Below are positions 16,060 through 23,676 of a stretch of 38,443 bases of DNA, piece by piece. The notes under the pieces are model-generated. The model had not been told where the DNA came from, did no database searches, and saw nothing but the letters and a program-made list of their open reading frames with translations. The DNA lies in assembly GCA_964571585.1 (NCBI GenBank), contig CAZNBW010000002.1, forward strand, positions 288-38,730. Direction: 5' to 3'. This stretch comes from an uncultured Candidatus Saccharibacteria bacterium. GTDB lineage: Bacteria; Patescibacteriota; Minisyncoccia; Minisyncoccales; GWA2-38-27. The stretch's first letter is position 1; each line of letters begins with the position of its first letter. Position numbers and translations under genes: made by a program.

Positions 16060-16089
16060 TAAAATATTATAAATTAAACACATAATAAT

Positions 16090-16887
16090 ATGCAAGAATT
16101 TTTTCAAGGCAAAAAGCATGCAATAGCTGGATTAGCCGGCGTTTTAACTGTTTTTCTTTTAGTTTTAACAATTTCCAGCGGAGTGGACATTGTTAACAAA
16201 ATAAAACAGTCAAAGTATATTGGTCAAGACGCTGAGTTTAAAAATACTATTGTTATCACAGATACGGGGGAGGTTTATGCTGCTCCGGATCTGGCGTTAG
16301 TTAATTTAATGGTTGTTAATGAGGCCAAAACAGTTGCAGAGGCAATGTCAGAAAACGCAAAAAGAATGAACAAGGTTATAGAAGAAATGAAATCTTTGGA
16401 CATAGAAGAAAAAGACCTGAAAACTGTTTCTTACAACATTTATCCCCGCTATGAGTACGAAAGAGATCAATTTGGCAATACAATATACAGCAAGAGAATT
16501 TTAGCGGGCTATGAAGTCAGCCAAAGTCTGCAGATCAAAATAAGGAATTTAGAAAACATTGGTCAGGTTATAGAAAAAGGCACTGCTGTTGGAGCTAATG
16601 ATGTTGGCAATTTGCAGTTTACAATAGACAACCAGGACGATTTTAAAAAGCAAGCCAGAGAACAAGCAATAAACAAGGCAAGACAGAAAGCGGAGCAAAT
16701 GGCTTCTCAGCTAGGTGTTAGATTAGGTAGAGTGACAAGCTTTTCAGAAAATTTCTATGTCCCTTATTACGGAGCACTGGATTATGAAATGGAGTCAGGC
16801 AAAGGTGGGGCAGCGCCGGCTCCTGATATTCAGACAGGAGAGAATAAAATAAGCGTATCTGTTGTAATTACTTACGAGATATACTAA
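16090..16887 (+). CDS. SIMPL/DUF541 domain protein (periplasmic immunogenic-protein family), TM-anchored
   Basis: ..LKTVSYNIYPRYEYE.., GYEVSQSLQIKIRNLENIGQVIEKG, QFTIDNQDDFKKQAREQAINKARQKAEQMASQLGVRLGRV fit the SIMPL pattern. Confidence 0.75.
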   Translation: MQEFFQGKKHAIAGLAGVLTVFLLVLTISSGVDIVNKIKQSKYIGQDAEFKNTIVITDTGEVYAAPDLALVNLMVVNEAKTVAEAMSENAKRMNKVIEEMKSLDIEEKDLKTVSYNIYPRYEYERDQFGNTIYSKRILAGYEVSQSLQIKIRNLENIGQVIEKGTAVGANDVGNLQFTIDNQDDFKKQAREQAINKARQKAEQMASQLGVRLGRVTSFSENFYVPYYGALDYEMESGKGGAAPAPDIQTGENKISVSVVITYEIY

Positions 16888-17421
16888 ATGGAGCTTAAAA
16901 TAGGAGTAATACTGGGAATTGCATTCTTGGCAGTATACTTTTCACCAAGCACAGTAAAAGCTGCAGTTATTGGAGCACCTTTTGTGCCAGCTACTCTTAA
17001 AGCAGTTAAAAAAGGTCTTGAAATGGCTCGTTTAAGATCTGGAGAAACTTTTTATGATTTAGGTTCTGGCACAGGAAGAGTTTTAATTATCGCAGCCAAA
17101 AAGTTTTCTGCTAATGTTGTTGGTTTTGAATATTCAAGACCTCTTTATGTATTCTCTAGGATTAATATGTTTTTAAGAGGGATTAAGGGGAAAGTATATA
17201 ATAAGAACTTTTTTGAAGATGATATTGGTCTTGAAAAAGCAGACGTTATATTTTTATTCTTAACTTCCAAGGCTTTCCCCAAGCTTAGGTCAAGGCTGGA
17301 GAATGAAGTAAGGCCGGGCACAAGAATAATTGTTTATCTTTCCCCCTTGCTTTTCTGGGAGCCAGATGAAGAAATTACTTTAAAAGATAAAACAAAGGTT
17401 AGATTGTATATAAAAAGATGA
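16888..17421 (+). CDS. Class I SAM-dependent methyltransferase, membrane-anchored
   Basis: Motif I FYDLGSGTGRVLIIAA, post-I acidic VVGFE, and ADVIFLFL. Begins immediately after the preceding stop. Confidence 0.7.
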   Translation: MELKIGVILGIAFLAVYFSPSTVKAAVIGAPFVPATLKAVKKGLEMARLRSGETFYDLGSGTGRVLIIAAKKFSANVVGFEYSRPLYVFSRINMFLRGIKGKVYNKNFFEDDIGLEKADVIFLFLTSKAFPKLRSRLENEVRPGTRIIVYLSPLLFWEPDEEITLKDKTKVRLYIKR

Positions 17422-19151
17422 GCTTTATAAAAGACTTTAAAGTTATTTGGATTTATTTGAGAAAGTATAAAAAAGAGGTTGTTAAAATCTCTTTTTTAGC
17501 TGTGTTTTTTGCTGTTGCCTCAGGAATTATTCCATATATTTACGGCAGGCTGGTAGACATTGTTTCTTTAAGTTCTTTTTCTTCTCTCGTTCTGGCTTTT
17601 CTTGGATTGTGGGCTTTGCTTAGTTTGGTTTCAGAAGTTTTTAGAAGAGTAGTTGCTCTAAGGGGTGCTTTCTTAGGGTTTGAATCTTCGGCTGACCTGG
17701 TTTTAGAAAGCGCTTCTCATGTTATAAGCTTGCCGTTAAGTTTTCATAAAGAGAACAGAGTAGGAGAGGTTGTTTCCAGAATTACCAGAGCAGGAGATCA
17801 TTTGAGAGATATTATTGAGAATACTTTATTCTGGATACTTCCTCAATTTTTAACAGTTGCTATTGGTCTTATTGTTTTGTTTATAATAAACTGGCAGTTG
17901 TTTTTAGGTATAATTGTCATATTCGTCTTTTCTATTACAATAACTTTCCTAAGAGCTCCTCTTTTAATGAGGGGCCAAAAAGAAGTTAATAAGAGGTTTG
18001 ATTTTGCCGTTGGAACTTTGAACGACTCTTTTTTAAATATTCAGACAATAAAATCTTCTTCTGCAGAGGCTTTCCAGGGAGATAAAATAAGAGAAGTTTA
18101 TAAAAAAGAAATAGTTTCTTCTCAGAAAAAGGTTGCCTCTATTTGGGAGAACACAACTTTTTTCCAGGAAGTTATCTTTTCTTTGGGTTTTGTCCTGGTT
18201 TTTTCCTGGGCATTATTCCTTTTAAGCAACAAAACTATTAGTTCGGGCGTATTGATAATGTTCTTGGGCTATTTAAACCTCACTAGAATGCCCTTAAGGT
18301 TTATTTTATGGCAGTGGCTGGCAGTTCAAAGAGGATTAACAACTATTAAAAGATCCAGAGAGCTTTTAAAGATTAAAGCAGAAGATTATAATGACAAAGG
18401 AAGGGTTTTAGCTAACGTTAAAGGCAAGGTAGATTTTAAAAATGTTAGTTTTAACTATGAAGGCAAGTCCTTGGTTTTGAAGAGCATAAGCTTTAAAGCA
18501 AGGCCTGGAGAAAAGATTGCTTTGGTTGGAGGATCTGGGGGCGGTAAAACAACAGTAGCAGATCTTTTGTCTTTATATTATAAGGCGAAGAAAGGAGAGA
18601 TATTAATAGATGATGTTAATATCAAAAAGCTTAACCTTTCTTTTTTAAGAAGCATAATAGCCTATGTTCCCCAGGAAATCGTTCTGTTTAATGATACAAT
18701 TAAAAACAATATCTTGTACGGCAGGCCGTCAGCTTCAGAAAAAGATATTCTGGAGGCAGCTAGAATAGCTAACGCAGACCATTTTATATCCCGGCTTCCT
18801 CAAAAGTATGATACTTTGGTTGGAGAAAGAGGCATCAAGCTTTCTACCGGGCAGAAGCAGAGACTGGCAATTGCCAGGGCGGTCATAAGGAATCCCAAAA
18901 TACTTGTCTTAGATGAAGCAACCTCTTCTCTAGATGTTAAGTCAGAAAAGCTGGTTCAAGAAGCAATAGAGGCTTTAACAGAGAATAAAACGACATTTAT
19001 TATTGCCCATCGTTTGAGCACTGTTAGGAAAGCAGACAAAATACTTGTTATAGATAAAGGTAAAATAGCAGAACAGGGCAGGCACGAGCAGTTGATGAAG
19101 AAGAAAGGATTATATCATAGTTTTTATACCTTGCAGTTTTCCGAAGATTAA
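17418..19151 (+). CDS. ABC exporter, fused permease/ATPase (MsbA/type I exporter family)
   Basis: 577 aa. Six-TM N-terminal domain, Walker A GGSGGGKTT, signature LSTGQKQRLAIARA, Walker B ILVLDEATSSLD, H-loop IIAHRLST. Confidence 0.92.
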   Translation: MSFIKDFKVIWIYLRKYKKEVVKISFLAVFFAVASGIIPYIYGRLVDIVSLSSFSSLVLAFLGLWALLSLVSEVFRRVVALRGAFLGFESSADLVLESASHVISLPLSFHKENRVGEVVSRITRAGDHLRDIIENTLFWILPQFLTVAIGLIVLFIINWQLFLGIIVIFVFSITITFLRAPLLMRGQKEVNKRFDFAVGTLNDSFLNIQTIKSSSAEAFQGDKIREVYKKEIVSSQKKVASIWENTTFFQEVIFSLGFVLVFSWALFLLSNKTISSGVLIMFLGYLNLTRMPLRFILWQWLAVQRGLTTIKRSRELLKIKAEDYNDKGRVLANVKGKVDFKNVSFNYEGKSLVLKSISFKARPGEKIALVGGSGGGKTTVADLLSLYYKAKKGEILIDDVNIKKLNLSFLRSIIAYVPQEIVLFNDTIKNNILYGRPSASEKDILEAARIANADHFISRLPQKYDTLVGERGIKLSTGQKQRLAIARAVIRNPKILVLDEATSSLDVKSEKLVQEAIEALTENKTTFIIAHRLSTVRKADKILVIDKGKIAEQGRHEQLMKKKGLYHSFYTLQFSED

Positions 19152-19177
19152 TATAGTATTAGCATTAGTTATTTTTA

Positions 19178-19249
19178 GGGGCCATAGCTCAGTTGGTAGA
19201 GTGCCCCGCTTCGGTGGGGAGGTCGGGGGTTCAATTCCCTCTGGCTCCA
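19178..19249 (+). tRNA. tRNA-like gene with alanine acceptor identity (G3:U70, A73) but an aberrant anticodon arm
   Basis: 72 nt. Acceptor ggggcca/tggctcc with G3:U70, D arm gctc-agttggta-gagt, T arm ggggg-ttcaatt-ccctc, all close to canonical tRNA-Ala. The anticodon arm is ccccg-CTTCGG-tgggg, a 5-bp stem with only a 6-nt loop (equivalently a 6-bp stem capped by a UUCG tetraloop). The only 7-nt-loop register (CTTCGGT, anticodon TCG) leaves 3 Watson-Crick pairs. Confidence 0.7.
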
Positions 19250-19261
19250 GTTTTTTTTACA

Positions 19262-19284
19262 AGTCCTGTTATCAGGACTTTTTT
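19262..19284 (+). terminator. Rho-independent terminator after the tRNA-like gene
   Basis: agtcctg-ttat-caggact followed by T5. Confidence 0.7.
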
Positions 19285-19321
19285 CTTGAAATTATTTTCT
19301 AAAAAAGTTATAAATAAATAT

Positions 19322-20185
19322 ATGAGAAAAATTTTAATAATAGCTGTTCTAATAATAATTGTTATTGCAGCAGCAGTATACTGGTTTATATCCAAACCGG
19401 AATCGGTTGTTGAGCCAGAGGAAAATTATCTTTCTATTATAGAAACAGAAACCGTTTCTTTCGGCGAGGGGCATACCTATAGTATAGATTCAGCAGAGTT
19501 TATAATATATCCTCCTGATTTGGATAATTTTAACTTTGGCTATTTTGAAGCATATAATAATGGGGAACTAGTATATGAATCGGTTCCTCAATACGCTGTT
19601 TTAGATTTTTTAGCCTTTGAAACCAGTGATGGAAAGTATTTTGTTCTTAGTGATTATTCTGGCGGAGCTCACTGCTGTTTTAAGGAATACATCTTCTTTT
19701 TAAACGATGAAGAATTAAAGCCTATTAAAGAACTTTATACTGGAAATGCCAGTATAAGAGAAGAGGATTTAGTATTAAAGGATAATAATATTTACCTTCA
19801 GGTTTTTGATGACAGATTTGCCTATTTTTATACTCCTTATGCCAATTCTTACTTTTTCTTCCAGCATTTAAAGGTTGATGGAGATGAGATTGAAATAGCT
19901 AACAGTAGTTTTGTATTAGATCATTTACAGGAAGTTGAGAAGTGCGAAAACGAGATTGAAGAGATACTGCCAGATAGTTCTTTGGACTTTGAAAGTTATG
20001 CTCCAAAACTTGTCTGCATTGCAGTTAACTATATAATAGCAAGTCAGGAAGATAAGGCCTGGAACAAGGTGCAGGATTATTTTACCAAGATTCCTTTGGA
20101 GTTTTACGGCTTAAGTGTTGATTTTGAAACATTTAAGAATGAATTTCTTGATCTCTATCAATTAGAATCATTTTCAGAAAACTAA
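19322..20185 (+). CDS. Hypothetical membrane-anchored extracytoplasmic protein
   Basis: The track ORF begins inside the tRNA-like gene, so I trimmed it to the ATG at 19322 (MRKILIIAVLIIIVIAAAVYWFI..). I recognise no family. Confidence 0.7.
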   Translation: MRKILIIAVLIIIVIAAAVYWFISKPESVVEPEENYLSIIETETVSFGEGHTYSIDSAEFIIYPPDLDNFNFGYFEAYNNGELVYESVPQYAVLDFLAFETSDGKYFVLSDYSGGAHCCFKEYIFFLNDEELKPIKELYTGNASIREEDLVLKDNNIYLQVFDDRFAYFYTPYANSYFFFQHLKVDGDEIEIANSSFVLDHLQEVEKCENEIEEILPDSSLDFESYAPKLVCIAVNYIIASQEDKAWNKVQDYFTKIPLEFYGLSVDFETFKNEFLDLYQLESFSEN

Positions 20186-20189
20186 TAAT

Positions 20190-20756
20190 ATGAGAAAAAC
20201 AATATTTGTTATATTAATAATAGTTATTCTTTTTATCATCGCAGTTGTTATCTCTTCTTTTTCCAATCCAGAAGAAGAACAAAAGCCAGAAGATAAAATC
20301 TGCGCAGATTGTTCTATAACCAGTTTTGAAGAATGCGTAGCTGCTGGAAACCCCGTAATGGAAAGTTATCCTAGGCAGTGCAGAGTAGGTGGTCAATTAT
20401 TTGTGGAGGATATTGGCAATGAATTGGAGAAAATGGACTTAATAGTATTAGATAATCCTCGTCCCAATCAAGAAATAGAAAGTCCGCTTATAGTTCAAGG
20501 CAGAGCAAGGGGGTATTGGTTTTTTGAGGGAGATTTTCCAGTAGTTCTAGTTGATTGGGATGGCTTGATTATTGCCCAGGCAGTAGCTCAGGCCAAGTCT
20601 GACTGGATGACAGAAGATTTTGTTGAATTTGAAGCTGTTTTAGAGTTTGAAGAGCCAGACTACAGCAATAAGGGTGCATTGATTTTACAGAAAGACAATC
20701 CTTCTGGTTTACCAGAGAATGATGATGCTTTAGAGATACCCATTATTTTTAAATAA
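20190..20756 (+). CDS. Gmad2 immunoglobulin-like domain protein, TM-anchored
   Basis: ..QEIESPLIVQGRARGYWFFEGDFPVVLVDWDGLIIAQAVAQAKSDWMTEDFVEFEAVLEF.. matches the Gmad2 (GerM-associated) Ig-like domain pattern. Confidence 0.7.
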   Translation: MRKTIFVILIIVILFIIAVVISSFSNPEEEQKPEDKICADCSITSFEECVAAGNPVMESYPRQCRVGGQLFVEDIGNELEKMDLIVLDNPRPNQEIESPLIVQGRARGYWFFEGDFPVVLVDWDGLIIAQAVAQAKSDWMTEDFVEFEAVLEFEEPDYSNKGALILQKDNPSGLPENDDALEIPIIFK

Positions 20757-20765
20757 AAGAAGATT

Positions 20766-21365
20766 ATGAAAAAATTATACATCGTTCCATTATTATTAAT
20801 ATTAATCTCAGCTGGCTGTTCTACTGAAGAGCCAGTTAATGTTATTCCGAAAAATAACATCATTCAAGAAAAAAACATGACAGCTTTAATTCAAACAAAT
20901 AAAGGAGATATTAAAATAGAGCTATTTTCTCAAGATGCTCCAAACACAGTTGATAACTTTGTTAATTTGGCGAGGCAGGGTTTTTATAATGCTACAAAGT
21001 TTCACAGAGTCATTAAGGGTTTTATGATTCAAGGGGGAGATCCTTTAAGCAGGGATGATTCTAAAAAGGACTTATGGGGTACTGGCGGTCCAGATTATGT
21101 TTTTGCAGATGAGATTTATAAGAACAACAAGAATAATGCTGGTACTATTGCCATGGCTAACAGGGGGTCTGATACTAATGGCAGCCAATTCTTTATAAAT
21201 ACAGTGGATAATAATTATTTAGACGCAAAACATACTGTTTTTGGCAGAGTTATTGAGGGCATGAATGTTGTAATGGCTATTGAAAACACTCCTACAGATC
21301 AAGCTGACAGGCCCATTGAAGATATTGTTGTTCAAACAATAACAATTCAAGAAGATGAGCAGTAA
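20766..21365 (+). CDS. Cyclophilin-type peptidyl-prolyl cis-trans isomerase, lipoprotein
   Basis: Lipobox LISAGC, then FHRVIKGFMIQGGDP, ..GTIAMANRGSDTNGSQFFI.., HTVFGRV. Confidence 0.92.
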   Translation: MKKLYIVPLLLILISAGCSTEEPVNVIPKNNIIQEKNMTALIQTNKGDIKIELFSQDAPNTVDNFVNLARQGFYNATKFHRVIKGFMIQGGDPLSRDDSKKDLWGTGGPDYVFADEIYKNNKNNAGTIAMANRGSDTNGSQFFINTVDNNYLDAKHTVFGRVIEGMNVVMAIENTPTDQADRPIEDIVVQTITIQEDEQ

Positions 21366-21780
21366 AGAAGCCCCAGACTTTATTAACCTAGGCATAGTTG
21401 TTAATGATAACGGGGAGGTTTTAATGATCCGCAGGAAGAATAAAGAAAAGGGTAGGACAGGAGCAGTTTTAGAATGGGCTTTTCCTGGAGGAAGGCAGCA
21501 TTTGAACGAAAGCAGGAACGAGTGCGTTAAAAGAACCATATTAGGCGAGACCGGCTATAGCATTGAAGTTGTTAAGGAAATAGTTTTAAGGATAGAACAT
21601 GTTCAGTTTCCCATAATGGTAGCTTATCACCTTTGTGGGTTAAGGTCTGGAAAGCCGGTTGCTAAGCCAAAAGAGCCCAAGGAAATAGCCGAGATTAAAT
21701 GGATTAAAAAGCAAGATATAAGGGATGTTATTACAACTAATCTAGATAAAAAGGTAGCCCAAGAACTAAAGATAATATGA
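21355..21780 (+). CDS. NUDIX hydrolase
   Basis: Nudix box GGRQHLNESRNECVKRTILGETG. Confidence 0.8.
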   Translation: MSSKEAPDFINLGIVVNDNGEVLMIRRKNKEKGRTGAVLEWAFPGGRQHLNESRNECVKRTILGETGYSIEVVKEIVLRIEHVQFPIMVAYHLCGLRSGKPVAKPKEPKEIAEIKWIKKQDIRDVITTNLDKKVAQELKII

Positions 21781-21783
21781 AAT

Positions 21784-22179
21784 ATGAATAAAGTTGTTAA
21801 GGTTCTAATGTATGTTTATAGAAATAATAATGGAAAAAAAGAGTTCTTTGTATTGCATCGCAAAAGAGGAGATGTTGTTGTTCTGACTGGCCATGTAGAA
21901 GATGAAACCCTAGAACAAGCAGCAGCCAGGGAAGTTGAAGAGGAACTGGGCGTAAGGCCCGAAAATATAATAGATTTAGAAACGTTTATAGATGTTATTG
22001 TTCCAGACAAAGAAGTAAAATCAAGGGAACATGCTTTTTTAATAAAGATTCCTAATAAAGATGTTCATTTCTTAGAGGGAGACGAAAAACACCAATGGCA
22101 CTCTTTAGAAGAATTGCCAGATGTCCTAACTTATTCTAATCAAAAACAGCCACTTAAAAAACTTGACAAGGTTGTTTAA
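21784..22179 (+). CDS. NUDIX hydrolase
   Basis: Nudix box TGHVEDETLEQAAAREVEEELG. Confidence 0.8.
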   Translation: MNKVVKVLMYVYRNNNGKKEFFVLHRKRGDVVVLTGHVEDETLEQAAAREVEEELGVRPENIIDLETFIDVIVPDKEVKSREHAFLIKIPNKDVHFLEGDEKHQWHSLEELPDVLTYSNQKQPLKKLDKVV

Positions 22180-22250
22180 ATATAGTAAATTAATAATAGT
22201 TCTATGTGATTCTATTTAACCAAACAAGGCTCTTTTGAAAGGAGAAAAGA

Positions 22251-22706
22251 ATGTTAAAGAGAATGATGTTTGTATTGTTGTCAGTTGTTGTTTTGATGGG
22301 ATGTTTGTTCGTTACAGGCTGTGAGTCTGATGCAGGCACGGGAGCCGGCGTTGGTGCCCTTGCCGGAGGAGGTCTTGGGGCAATAATTGGTCACCAGTCA
22401 GGACATACTACAGAAGGTGCATTAATCGGCGCAGCAGTGGGCGGAGGAACCGGCTATGTTATCGGCAACGAGACCGATAAAAAGAAAAAGCAAGCTCAGC
22501 AAGCTCAGGTTCAGGCCCAAAACCAGGCCGCCATTCAGGCCGCCAACCAGAATGCAAATACTTTCTATGTGAACGTAACGAACAGCAACGGCTCTGTCAT
22601 TCCTGTCAGAATTATGAAGCAAGGCGCTACTTACGTGGGGCCCAGAGGAGAGCAGTACGCAAAATTGCCCACCGAAGACGAACTGAAACCGATCTACGGT
22701 TTCTAA
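22251..22706 (+). CDS. Glycine-zipper lipoprotein with Q/A-rich linker
   Basis: Signal peptide with lipobox (VLMGC / VTGC). Glycine-zipper segments GAGVGALAGGGLGAIIG and GALIGAAVGGGTGYVIG. KKKKQAQQAQVQAQNQAAIQAANQ linker. Strong RBS gaaAGGAGaaaaga-ATG. Visibly more G/C-ending codons than the flanking genes. Confidence 0.8.
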   Translation: MLKRMMFVLLSVVVLMGCLFVTGCESDAGTGAGVGALAGGGLGAIIGHQSGHTTEGALIGAAVGGGTGYVIGNETDKKKKQAQQAQVQAQNQAAIQAANQNANTFYVNVTNSNGSVIPVRIMKQGATYVGPRGEQYAKLPTEDELKPIYGF

Positions 22707-22736
22707 TCGTGCAACAGCTAATCTGAACAATCGCAA

Positions 22737-22769
22737 GGGTATGTATAATAATATACATACCCTCTTTTT
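22737..22769 (+). terminator. Rho-independent terminator
   Basis: 11-bp stem gggtatgtata / tatacataccc, loop ataa, then tcttttt. Confidence 0.75.
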
Positions 22770-22827
22770 ATTTCTGTTTATCTCGGGCAAGTTTTTATTT
22801 TACGTTATTTTTGATATAGTGGAAAAC

Positions 22828-22856
22828 TTGACAAAGGTATTTAAAATTGGTAAATT
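22828..22856 (+). promoter_or_regulatory. Promoter TTGACA-17 nt-TAAATT with TGn
   Basis: TTGACA at 22828-22833, tgg-TAAATT at 22848-22856, upstream of the 22926 ORF. Confidence 0.4.
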
Positions 22857-22925
22857 AAAATTAGAACGCTGAGAGTATTTCTTGGCTTTAACAATTAATT
22901 ATTTTAGAAGAGAAAGGAGATAAAA

Positions 22926-23123
22926 ATGAAACTTTTCTTTGGATTGATTTTTGCTTTAATCGGAGTTATTCTTTGCGTAACGATAGTTGGAGCCATAATC
23001 GGAATTCCTTTACTAATCTTGGGAAGCTGGTTAATTTATAGTTGGCGTATCAACAAGCTCCACGATGCTATCAAAAGAGGTATTGTCGACGGGTCCCATG
23101 AGATCGCTCAGAAGAGTATTTGA
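22926..23123 (+). CDS. Small two-TM membrane protein
   Basis: 65 aa. MKLFFGLIFALIGVILCVTIVGAIIGIPLLILGSWLIY.. RBS gaaAGGAGataaaa-ATG. Terminator hairpin at 23165-23196 (aaagtgaat...attcacttt + T run). Confidence 0.6.
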   Translation: MKLFFGLIFALIGVILCVTIVGAIIGIPLLILGSWLIYSWRINKLHDAIKRGIVDGSHEIAQKSI

Positions 23124-23214
23124 TTACAAGTTTCAAGGTAGGGCAAACCCATAAATTAATGGGAAAAGTGAATGGATCAGTTCTATTCACTTTTTTATTA
23201 TATAGAGATTTGCT

Positions 23215-23398
23215 TTTTGTTTTTGGGTTGTTTTTGTTTTAAGGATATTTAAGGATATTTTTTACGGCACAATATTAGGAGGCGACGCTTCCTAAGTCTT
23301 GCCTCCTAATTTCTATGTAATAAGCCGGGCTTATCACATAGATTAAACCAGGCTTAGCGCGAATCTTATGCTTGCCTCAGGCAAGTTTTTGTTTTAAG
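23215..23398 (+). repeat. 184-bp direct repeat, copy 1 (identical to 29046..29229)
   Basis: Base-by-base comparison shows identity with copy 2 at an offset of 5831 nt. Contains tandem aaggatattt x2, hairpins ttaggaggc..gcctcctaa and ctatgtaataagcc-g-ggcttatcacatag, and a terminal terminator-like cttgcc-tca-ggcaag+T5. Confidence 0.9.
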
Positions 23399-23676
23399 CT
23401 CATTTTTAAGGCGGCAGAAAATTTGACAAGATTATCTAATTATGATTAAAATAAACCAGTGTGTTTTGAATGTACTTTGACAATTTAAAAAATGAAAGGG
23501 AAACAGAAAAAAGGCAGTACGTATGTTTTAGATATACTAGAGACTAAAAAGATGCAAAAGAGGATCGTTTATTTGTAGCGTCGCATTGGAATATCTATTG
23601 CGTTTTACAAATTTGTTGTAATTGGAACCATCCAAATTAGTACCAGCAAGGTACAAATATAAAAGGAGATAGTATC

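Noticed and set aside
19193-19321. N-terminal extension of the 330-aa ORF
   Set aside because: It starts inside the tRNA-like gene and runs through its terminator hairpin. The ATG at 19322 precedes a typical signal-anchor sequence.
23241-23260. Tandem aaggatattt x2, considered as a possible CRISPR or other array seed
   Set aside because: There are only two abutting 10-nt units with no spacers. It is part of the 184-bp repeat, and no CRISPR array or cas genes occur anywhere in the window.
23493-23579. 28-codon ORF (MKGKQKKGSTYVLDILETKKMQKRIVYL) in the long ino1 leader
   Set aside because: It has no RBS, and its first codons belong to a motif (aagggaaacagaaaaa) that recurs non-coding after repeat copy 2. 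It is more likely repeat-associated sequence than a gene.
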